From Candidatus Zixiibacteriota bacterium (GTDB taxonomy: Bacteria; Zixibacteria; MSB-5A5; GN15; FEB-12), in assembly GCA_040756055.1 (NCBI GenBank), contig JBFLZR010000002.1, positions 86,411-150,410 of the forward strand: a stretch of DNA of 64,000 nt, read 5' to 3'. Numbering within the stretch: the first letter of the stretch is position 1; each line of letters starts with the position of its first letter. This document shows positions 56,479 through 64,000 of the stretch, one piece after another. A program made the translations under genes and the position numbers. The notes beneath the pieces are model-generated. The model was not told where the DNA came from. It was given only the letters and a program-made list of their open reading frames with translations, and did no database searches.

Positions 56479-58737
56479 TCAGTAGGTGTCTCTCCTGATA
56501 GCGGCATTGATCCGCGCCTCGTCGAGCGAGATCTTTACAGCCGCATCCGGGTATCTCTTCTCCAGCGGAGTAGCAGATAAGCCCAGGTTCGGATCGTACA
56601 GGTAATCGAGCTGCTTACCCACCAGTTCGTAGGCTACCGAATCCCCAAAGGCATACGGCGTGAACATGAACCAGGATGTCCTGAAGTAGTTCGTCTCGTA
56701 CCGATGCGCCACCGGCGCCCCTTCCATGGTGTACGGATAACCCAGGAAGTGATTCGGACCATACTTGGACTTATACAGATACATCACCTCGGTGCCGTAG
56801 GCACGCATACACCAGCCAACCTCCGGCAAGGCGGCAATTGTGTCTCTCCATGGACACCATTGCCTCAGAGTCTTAACGGAGTCCATGAAGTCCCAATAAT
56901 ATCTCTCGTGCAGCAGCGCTGTATCGACATCCAACTCCGGCCACATCGACTGATCAATTGAGTAGGCCCCGACGAAATCCTCCATCCGAACCCCGTCCAA
57001 AGGATCCGCCGGATCGCTATAGAACGGATGGTCGTTCTTGCGGAACAGCGACCACTGCGTGTAATACACAGACTCCACACCGAAATACCGACGGAATAGA
57101 TCCGCCGCCGGCCGCATCAGATAGGGATCGCTGGCGTTGATATCTGCATACAGTACCGATCGACCCGTTACCCAAGCGTTGATACCCACGTCAATGCCGG
57201 TAAAGATGGTCTCGTATTTAATCTCACCGTTATTGAAACCGTTAGCCGGATAAACGTGACCATCCTCCACAATTATATAGACCTTATACTGGAGAAGTTT
57301 CCGCAACGGGAAACCGTTCGGGTAATCCGAAAAATGCGCGTAGTCGTTCGTGGATCCTTCAGAGTTGAAGTCTATGTCCAAGTCATTGTTTTCGGCCCAC
57401 CGGTCGACGGCATTCTTCCAGAAGGTTCTGCGCATAGTCCACCCGCTATCAGCCATCCACAAATAGTCGGTTGTGCGTTGACCAAGCAATGTTCCCCGAT
57501 AATTTTCATCATCTCTTTGCATATCAAGCACCAACACGTCCCTCTCGAATTTGGGATTGATTACCGGGAAATCACGGAAAACCGGCGTCGGATCGGGCAC
57601 CATGGCGTCATCGCGGCAACGTACCCAGAATATGAAATTCCCTGAGATAGTTGAATCCGCCGATCCATAATCACCGAAAACATCGTAAAGAGTGTCTCTG
57701 GTGTCATATACCCAGGTGTCCAGACCGTTCCATGAATAAGCTGCTACCTGATCACTGGGGAAGCACTCCTCCACATACGATGTGTCGTCATCCTCACCTA
57801 TCACCATCACATCGACACACTCAAGATGCAAAACCGAATCGACGCGATAATCCGCCGAACCGGCATCCGATGTATCAAAAACGTGCGTATCGCACTGTTC
57901 TTCCCAGTAGGTGGTGTCATTAATAGTGTCCTCAATCAGAACCAAATCGCACGAGACGAGAGTATCACCCGCGTGATAAATCTTTCCACCCGGAGTGACG
58001 AACACTTTCTCGCGGAAAGTCTGCTTGATCCAGGCCAGGGTGTCATCGCTGAACGGCCCGAAAAGCTTCCACTCGAACTCGAACGGAGGAGGAATCAAGC
58101 CCTGCTCGTCGTAGTCCTGCTTATCCTCGCCCGCCCACGAGATCCACACCCCGGTGACAATTCCGCCGGGAGCGACCGCGTTTACAAACGGCGTGTCGGC
58201 CGTCACGCTAAAAAGCAGCGTGGTGGGAGGATTGTCGTTCCGGTTCAAGCACTTGTAGGCAAACTGCGAGCCGGCCTCGTCATCGTCGAAGGCCTGCAGA
58301 AATATGAACTGCTCCACGAAATTATTGACCGGATCGTCAAGATCGGCCGTTAAAGGAATCACGTGAGCTGTCTGCGGATCGGACTCGGTGGGATCAACAT
58401 CCACATAAGTCCACATTGTATCGTGAAGGCCGGCAGCGTAGTCGGCCAGATTGGCGCCACCGATGTCGATCGACGTCGCGACAACATAACGGTAATAATC
58501 AATCTGCCCGTCAACATCACTTCCGAACCAGTACACTTCGGGGTTATGTGAAAACGAGGAACTGTCCGGAGGAATATTCACGAAATACACCACCGGAGCT
58601 TTATTGGCGTTCTCATCTCCTTTGAGGGTATCTGTACAACCTGATAAGATAATAACCGATACAGCCAGTAGTCCGGCAACGGTAAGACTTAACCAGGCCA
58701 AAGCCTTAAATCTGTCAAAACTCTTAGTCATTGTCAT
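56479..58737 (-). CDS. large lipoprotein, unknown function (aromatic-rich)
   Basis: Track ORF of 752 aa. Lipobox VIILSGC. W/Y/D-rich. Follows the PorV-like gene after 15 nt on the same strand. Confidence 0.6.
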   Translation of the reverse strand: MTMTKSFDRFKALAWLSLTVAGLLAVSVIILSGCTDTLKGDENANKAPVVYFVNIPPDSSSFSHNPEVYWFGSDVDGQIDYYRYVVATSIDIGGANLADYAAGLHDTMWTYVDVDPTESDPQTAHVIPLTADLDDPVNNFVEQFIFLQAFDDDEAGSQFAYKCLNRNDNPPTTLLFSVTADTPFVNAVAPGGIVTGVWISWAGEDKQDYDEQGLIPPPFEFEWKLFGPFSDDTLAWIKQTFREKVFVTPGGKIYHAGDTLVSCDLVLIEDTINDTTYWEEQCDTHVFDTSDAGSADYRVDSVLHLECVDVMVIGEDDDTSYVEECFPSDQVAAYSWNGLDTWVYDTRDTLYDVFGDYGSADSTISGNFIFWVRCRDDAMVPDPTPVFRDFPVINPKFERDVLVLDMQRDDENYRGTLLGQRTTDYLWMADSGWTMRRTFWKNAVDRWAENNDLDIDFNSEGSTNDYAHFSDYPNGFPLRKLLQYKVYIIVEDGHVYPANGFNNGEIKYETIFTGIDVGINAWVTGRSVLYADINASDPYLMRPAADLFRRYFGVESVYYTQWSLFRKNDHPFYSDPADPLDGVRMEDFVGAYSIDQSMWPELDVDTALLHERYYWDFMDSVKTLRQWCPWRDTIAALPEVGWCMRAYGTEVMYLYKSKYGPNHFLGYPYTMEGAPVAHRYETNYFRTSWFMFTPYAFGDSVAYELVGKQLDYLYDPNLGLSATPLEKRYPDAAVKISLDEARINAAIRRDTY

Positions 58738-58752
58738 AAACCTGGTTTCCTC

Positions 58753-59769
58753 TTAAAACGATATTGACATTGAAAAACGATGTACCTCGGTCAGGATGCC
58801 GAAATCCTGGAACGCGTAATCGAACTTAAGTTCACTCTCCTGCCCGAACGGTACCCTGAGTCCGCCACCGGCCGTGAAACCATCTTCATCATAATTGAAG
58901 CGGCCGCCGCCACGCAGAACGAACAAATCTTTATAGGTGTACTCCATCCCGGCGTTGTATTTCTCGAGGTTGTCCGATGGATGCGAACCCTCGGCGGCAA
59001 ACGTCAGGTAATGATCATCACCCTCGATGAGATTAATACACCCGCCGAACTTGAAGTTGATCGGCAGAGGATAATCGTCGGCAATCATGCGCATATCCGG
59101 CCCGAAATTGGTGATCACCATGGCAATAGTGAATCCCCTGAATCCGGTGTCATAGTTCGTGCCGACATCGGCCGACCATCCGGACGCGGAATAGTCGTGG
59201 GTGAATTCGCCGATATACCGGGCGGTCAAACCAATCGAGAATCGATCAGTCAGATATCGTCCGTAGCTGACCGAGAAGGCAAAGTCATCATAAGAAAAGA
59301 CTCTTCCGGTCCCCAGTTCCGGATCGCTCATCTCATAAGTCCTTTCGATCATCTCACCCGAAGTCAGCGTGTAAAGACCCACGCCGAGCACGCCCCCAAG
59401 CGACTCCATCGGCATTCCAACCGCCCCGAAATAGTAGGAGACGTCCGCCGGAAGACTTATATACGTGAATGTTGCCTCCCGTCCATACATGTAAACCAGA
59501 CCGGCTGGATTGTAATAGACCGCCGAGATGTCATCGGCTACCGCGGTGAAAGCCTCGGCCATACCCATGGCACGCGCCGATACACCCAGCTCAAGAAACT
59601 GCGCGCCGGTCGTACCGACTTTGGCCTGCGCCTGAACCTCGCCGGTAATCATCATGCTCATCAGGCACACCAACATCAGTATTCCAAACGCTGCCAGGCT
59701 CGGACGTCGCGACTTTCCTACACGTAACCTGCTTCTTGCGAAAAACATACTGTCCTCGTTTATTCTCAA
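58753..59769 (-). CDS. PorV/LptO-family-like outer-membrane beta-barrel
   Basis: Track ORF of 338 aa. Signal peptide. GAQFLELGVSARAMGMAEAFTAVADDISAVYYNPAGL N-motif. C-terminal FSMSISF. Confidence 0.6.
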   Translation of the reverse strand: MRINEDSMFFARSRLRVGKSRRPSLAAFGILMLVCLMSMMITGEVQAQAKVGTTGAQFLELGVSARAMGMAEAFTAVADDISAVYYNPAGLVYMYGREATFTYISLPADVSYYFGAVGMPMESLGGVLGVGLYTLTSGEMIERTYEMSDPELGTGRVFSYDDFAFSVSYGRYLTDRFSIGLTARYIGEFTHDYSASGWSADVGTNYDTGFRGFTIAMVITNFGPDMRMIADDYPLPINFKFGGCINLIEGDDHYLTFAAEGSHPSDNLEKYNAGMEYTYKDLFVLRGGGRFNYDEDGFTAGGGLRVPFGQESELKFDYAFQDFGILTEVHRFSMSISF

Positions 59770-59798
59770 AGTTTGCTAAACTTCTTATATCATCAATT

Positions 59799-62700
59799 TT
59801 AAAGGTTGACTTCAACTCCAACACGGATCTGGCGACCGTAATCGTAATTGTACGGGTCGACGTCGTATGCGGTGCCGCCAAAAACATTGGTACCGTCGTT
59901 TTGCTGCGTGTCGGGTCTGCCAGTGTTGGTGTAAACCCACACCACGTTCTTGTTATCGAACAGGTTCTCCACCCAAACGATAAACTTGTTGTCAAGACCG
60001 AACAGTTGGAAATCCTTGGTAAAACGAACGTCAAAGTTGAGGATCGAAGGCATCCTCATCGAGTTACGCGCGATATCCTCACCCAGATCCGTATTTATGT
60101 TCGGAAAGTTATTGTTCGGCGTGTACGGACGTCCGCTCTCGTAAGAACACTGTACATCGGTCGACCAGCCGTTCGGAATCGGTATGCCAAAAAGACGCGG
60201 CTTAACTGTATTCGGAACATAAACCTGAACACTCGCCTTCAAATTGTGACGGACATCGTTGTCCAGCGGAGCTTCATCAAGCGGCGTGCGTGAGTTTTCG
60301 AAGTCCGTCATGTATCCCTCGTTGGTCTGCGAAGCCTTGCCATACGCAAACGCATAGGTGTAACTTATCAAACCGTTCACGTATCCGCCACCACGCTTCT
60401 CCAGCGAAAGTTCAAAGCCCCGGCTGCGTCCATAGTCGCTGTTCTGGAACTGCGTCCGAGTCAGACCGCCAACACGCACCGAGGCACGGTTGATCTTGTC
60501 AAACTCGTCCTTGAAATAACCCGAGACATCCAGCGAATAAAACTCGTTCATCGCGTACTTGACACCGAACGAATACTGAATCGTCTTCTGATAATCGAGG
60601 TTGTAGTTACCAATGGCCGTATTCAGACTGACCGAGGTGGTGTTTCGCTTGTACATGTACAGAAGACTCGGCCTCTGATAGAAGTGACCGTAGTTGAAGT
60701 GTACCTTGGCTTTATCCGAAATCGGGTAGGAGAAACCGAGACGCGGCGAGAATGCCTGGCGGTCACCGTAAATTATGCCTGAACCCAAATCATCGTTTCT
60801 GGCAATATCAACCAGGTCTTCCTTGTCCTGAAGGAAGAAATCCCAACGGAAACCCAGCGATGCGATCATGGAACCGTATTCAAGCTTGTCGCGAATGTAA
60901 GCTGTTCCCGTCCACGGATTGTAGCTGAACATGTCCCGAAATGCCCCGCGGTCAGGATACGGACCGCCATCAGGACGACCGGTGTAGAGCATGTAGGGAT
61001 ACTGAATCTCCTGGTAAATAAAGTCTTCCTGGCTGAGCGCAAAACCGCCCTTCAGCTCGTGATTACCAAGCTGCCAGAAGACCTTTACCTCACCACGGTA
61101 GGTTTTGGTATTGCGGGTGTGCCAAACGCAACTGTCACTGTAAGTGAGCGGGTCGAAGAACGTGCTGGCGCCACCGCCATCCCAAACACCGTTGCCGTTC
61201 ACATCCGTAAACATCTCGCCCGAATCATAAAGGTTGTTGGGAGCATCGAACAGACCGTTGCCATTGCGATCGATATAAGGAATACCCGGCTCCCACTGAT
61301 TCGGATCCGGACCGGTGTACCTTCCGTCGTGGTTAAGGTCCATGTTGTCCGCACCGACACTCATCGTGAAAATATCAATGCCGGCATCGTAAACATTGTT
61401 GGCGTTGACATCAATAAACGGCTCGCCCAGAACCGAGTCGCCATCGATATACGGCTCCGGAGTACGCGTGTTGATATTCGATACCAGTTCGGCATCCAGT
61501 ATGCCGTTGCCGTTCTTATCATACAAATAATCGCCCTGGTCCCAAACGCCGTTGCCGTTTAAATCGATAAACGGCTCACTCTCAAGACTGTCCAGATAGC
61601 CATTGTCGTTAAAGCGGAAATCCGAAAGCTCCACAACGGCTCCCTGGGTGTTGTTCTCGAACAAAATTTCGCCAATGGTATAGTCCGGACCATAAAAGTC
61701 GGTCCCGTAATCGGTGGTATCGGGGAAAAGATTGACTACTGGCTCCGGAGCATCATATATGCCGTTGCTGTTTCTGTCGAGATATGATTCCCACTGAAAA
61801 TCCAGAGGGAACTGGTCCGGGTCCAGCCCCTGTCCGGGATTGTTCGGATCACCGGGCTTCTGTGTGAGTCCGTTCTCACTGTAAGAGAGAATCATCTCAT
61901 AATTCATGTCTTTTGAAATCGACTGTGAAATCTCAAGCGACGCCGACCGCCACTTCTCCACACTCACCGGCGCCGTGGCGGCGCTGTAACGGTAGGTCCA
62001 GATAAAATCGGTATACCGGAGCTGACGATCCTTGTAGGAAAACAATAACTTGAGGTTCTGGGTCGGCCTGAATTTTATATTGCCCATCCAATAGTACTTG
62101 TTATTCAAGCGCTCGGGAATGTCGATACCCAGAAGATTGAAGGAACCATAAGACGCACGCGTCACTGGAGTGTCATAGGAAGAGTACTGATAAAAACCGT
62201 CGTCTTTGTCAACCTCGGCATAGAAGTAGTAAGTCAGCTCCTTATCCTCGAGGAAATTCAAGCCCAGGGCAGGGAAAATCTTGCTTTTGAAAATCGGATC
62301 CGGGCCACTCACCGAGAACCGAACATAATCATAATTTCGGGAGTACTCATTGAGCGACTCGTTCCCGAAATCATCGGTGATATACTGCATGTTGAATCGG
62401 GTCACGTCCTTCGCGCCCGTCTGCGTCGTAATCTTCACAATGCCCGAAAGAGCATCACCATACTCCGGATCGAAACCGTCCTTAATAACCGTAAACTCCT
62501 GAATCGAACCGGAGACAAGCGACAAGTTGGCGCCGGCCTGGCCCAGACCGCCAAGAGGATCCCTCAGCGGCACACCGTCAACCACGTAAGCCACCTCGAA
62601 AGCGCGACCACCACGAATGAAGACCTCACCCTGACGGTTCGTCACCACACCGGACACCTGCGTCAAAAGGTCATCTACAGTACTTACCGGCTGGGTCTGG

Positions 62701-63137
62701 ATGGCTTCCTTGGAGATCGTCACCTGGTTGGCAGTCTCAAAGATCTTCAGATTATCATATTCGTCCTTCACGACAATCTCGACATCCAACTCGGAAACTT
62801 TTTTGGCCAACTCCTGAGAAACATCGGTGGTAATATCTGACTTGACGACCACATCCGTGACCGTCACGCTGTTATACTCCATGTGGGAGACCTGAACAGA
62901 ATATGTCCCCGGTTCCAACTGGCCGATTATATAACGCCCGTCCGGGTCCGTCATAGCTCCCCTTTTGGTGCCTACTACCATCACGGACGCACCAATCACG
63001 GGCTCCTTCGTGTCCTTGTCGACAAGCTGTCCCTTAATCTGACCGGTTGCGGCAGCGAATGTATTTGAAGCAGAGAGGGCAATAATACCCAACAGCAGAA
63101 ACGAACACAGCCAAAGCTGCTTACGACAGAAATGCAT
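59799..63137 (-). CDS. TonB-dependent-receptor-like outer-membrane protein (CarboxypepD_reg N-domain + plug + barrel) carrying a cluster of thrombospondin-type-3 calcium-binding repeats
   Basis: Track ORF of 1112 aa. Signal peptide. CarboxypepD_reg (GQIKGQLVDKDTKEPVIGASVMVVG...DGRYIIGQLEPGTYSVQVS). Plug-like VVTNRQGEVFIRGGRAFEVAYVVDGVPLRDP. An insert of at least six DxNGNGxxD repeats (DRNSNGIYD, DLNGNGVWD, DKNGNGILD, DVNANNVYD, DRNGNGLFD, DVNGNGVWD) at about 61200..61820. Confidence 0.7.
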   Translation of the reverse strand: MHFCRKQLWLCSFLLLGIIALSASNTFAAATGQIKGQLVDKDTKEPVIGASVMVVGTKRGAMTDPDGRYIIGQLEPGTYSVQVSHMEYNSVTVTDVVVKSDITTDVSQELAKKVSELDVEIVVKDEYDNLKIFETANQVTISKEAIQTQPVSTVDDLLTQVSGVVTNRQGEVFIRGGRAFEVAYVVDGVPLRDPLGGLGQAGANLSLVSGSIQEFTVIKDGFDPEYGDALSGIVKITTQTGAKDVTRFNMQYITDDFGNESLNEYSRNYDYVRFSVSGPDPIFKSKIFPALGLNFLEDKELTYYFYAEVDKDDGFYQYSSYDTPVTRASYGSFNLLGIDIPERLNNKYYWMGNIKFRPTQNLKLLFSYKDRQLRYTDFIWTYRYSAATAPVSVEKWRSASLEISQSISKDMNYEMILSYSENGLTQKPGDPNNPGQGLDPDQFPLDFQWESYLDRNSNGIYDAPEPVVNLFPDTTDYGTDFYGPDYTIGEILFENNTQGAVVELSDFRFNDNGYLDSLESEPFIDLNGNGVWDQGDYLYDKNGNGILDAELVSNINTRTPEPYIDGDSVLGEPFIDVNANNVYDAGIDIFTMSVGADNMDLNHDGRYTGPDPNQWEPGIPYIDRNGNGLFDAPNNLYDSGEMFTDVNGNGVWDGGGASTFFDPLTYSDSCVWHTRNTKTYRGEVKVFWQLGNHELKGGFALSQEDFIYQEIQYPYMLYTGRPDGGPYPDRGAFRDMFSYNPWTGTAYIRDKLEYGSMIASLGFRWDFFLQDKEDLVDIARNDDLGSGIIYGDRQAFSPRLGFSYPISDKAKVHFNYGHFYQRPSLLYMYKRNTTSVSLNTAIGNYNLDYQKTIQYSFGVKYAMNEFYSLDVSGYFKDEFDKINRASVRVGGLTRTQFQNSDYGRSRGFELSLEKRGGGYVNGLISYTYAFAYGKASQTNEGYMTDFENSRTPLDEAPLDNDVRHNLKASVQVYVPNTVKPRLFGIPIPNGWSTDVQCSYESGRPYTPNNNFPNINTDLGEDIARNSMRMPSILNFDVRFTKDFQLFGLDNKFIVWVENLFDNKNVVWVYTNTGRPDTQQNDGTNVFGGTAYDVDPYNYDYGRQIRVGVEVNL

Positions 63138-63450
63138 GCTTGATCCTCCTGGGCCTATTACAAAATATCTTTTTCGTCGTCAGGCCTCCCTTCGAGGCCG
63201 AAAACCGGATGGCTATGCTAATCAGTTTTCAATGGCAGTTGTATCAATGGCTTAGGTATAGTGGTGAGGAGTAATCTAAAGTCGTGTGTCCCCAACCTCT
63301 TGAGTCCCAATTCATCCAACCTACAACAGTTACTTCGCCATCTCAGTTACATTATAGAAAAGGCAAATTTGGTGAAATCCCGCCCCAAAGTCAAGCGATT
63401 TTTTGGTCTGCCACAAGCCTTTCCTATCACTGTAATAGACTTGTGGTAAA

Positions 63451-64000
63451 TCACTTCTGTTTAAAAATATCCCGGCGGTCCAGATTATTTTTTCGCACCC
63501 GAGCCACACCGCTGTCAACCCGACGCACCTCTTTTTCGGACAACTCGCATTCGACGAATTCAAGCCCCACAGATTTCCGAAACGACTCGACGAACCTGCG
63601 TGAGCAGTCGTCAAACTGCCCGACCGTGAGAGCCTTTAGGTTATTTATATTATTAGACTTAACATGCGCCGCGGACAGCGCCGGATGCGAGGCCACCCCC
63701 GAAATCTTTATGGAACCATGCTGAAAAATGGCATCCCCGATTTTTCGCTGAGCCGACGCGACAACTTTGCTCGCGTCCACACCCCGCACAATTTCGTGTC
63801 GGGAATTCGAGGCAAAGCAGGGCGCAGTGTGAAAAAAATCACGACCGACCGAAACCGTCGAACTCCGGCTCTCATACTGCGACTCGATCCCCAGACTCTC
63901 CAGAAACGAAACCAGCACAGTCGCAATTGTTCTCGACGCCTTCGCGATGGAAACACCCGCGTCGAAACCGGGGATATTAACGTCATTTACCGCAATCGAG
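63451..64000 (-). CDS. lipoate-protein ligase / octanoyltransferase family (BPL_LplA_LipB) protein; partial, N-terminus beyond window end
   Basis: The track ORF starts at GTG 63918, but the frame stays open to position 64000. KVVASAQRKIGDAIFQHGSI resembles the Kx(S/A)GxAQ...HhG catalytic-Lys region of LplA/LipB. Confidence 0.5.
   Translation of the reverse strand, partial: SIAVNDVNIPGFDAGVSIAKASRTIATVLVSFLESLGIESQYESRSSTVSVGRDFFHTAPCFASNSRHEIVRGVDASKVVASAQRKIGDAIFQHGSIKISGVASHPALSAAHVKSNNINNLKALTVGQFDDCSRRFVESFRKSVGLEFVECELSEKEVRRVDSGVARVRKNNLDRRDIFKQK

Noticed and set aside
58780-59727. 315-aa plus-strand ORF antisense to the PorV-like gene
   Set aside because: The minus-strand product has a signal peptide, the PorV-type N-motif and a C-terminal aromatic barrel signature. 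The antisense is Arg-rich.

Overview
This 64-kb window is one contiguous, gene-dense chromosomal segment. It appears GC-rich by eye and comes from a Gram-negative bacterium. Several proteins carry type IX secretion (T9SS) C-terminal sorting domains, which points to the Fibrobacteres-Chlorobi-Bacteroidetes superphylum or a related candidate phylum. I found about 60 protein-coding genes. I saw no rRNA, tRNA or tmRNA gene, no credible CRISPR array and no transposase, integrase or prophage genes; the nearest CRISPR-like signal, the degenerate repeat at 23007..23160, is weighed in the findings. Caveat on the ORF track: it renders GTG and TTG starts as M, so several N-termini are over-extended and were trimmed where a better start was evident. 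Recognisable housekeeping content, in window order: a complete tolQ-tolR-tolA-tolB-pal-cpoB cluster; ligA; smpB-amiC-murI-rdgB; two tandem GNAT acetyltransferases; an IDH/IPMDH-family dehydrogenase; etfA; dusB; an FHA / metallophosphatase / CHASE2-Ser/Thr-kinase signalling module; and a long minus-strand gene train (tatA, purQ, purS, pssA, psd, purB, tal, truA, ecfT, a small Cys-rich gene, feoB, feoA, fur) with a Fur-box-like site upstream of fur. Envelope and T9SS content: three PorV/PorQ-family outer-membrane proteins, a T9SS-sorted S8 protease and beta-propeller protein, a PKD lipoprotein and a PMT/ArnT-type glycosyltransferase-TPR protein. Candidate novel or under-described units: (i) an operon driven by a textbook sigma70 promoter that encodes a GlmL/MutL-like ASKHA ATPase plus two uncharacterised proteins; (ii) three tightly packed membrane proteins of no recognisable family at the window start; (iii) an SPFH (YdjI/COG4260-like) protein with triple zinc ribbons paired with a double zinc-ribbon protein and no PspA; (iv) an outer-membrane operon of a TonB-dependent-receptor-like barrel carrying thrombospondin-type-3 calcium-binding repeats, a PorV-like protein and a large lipoprotein; (v) a His-rich membrane domain fused to two ScdA_N/DUF1858 domains; (vi) a degenerate tandem repeat between rdgB and a GNAT gene.
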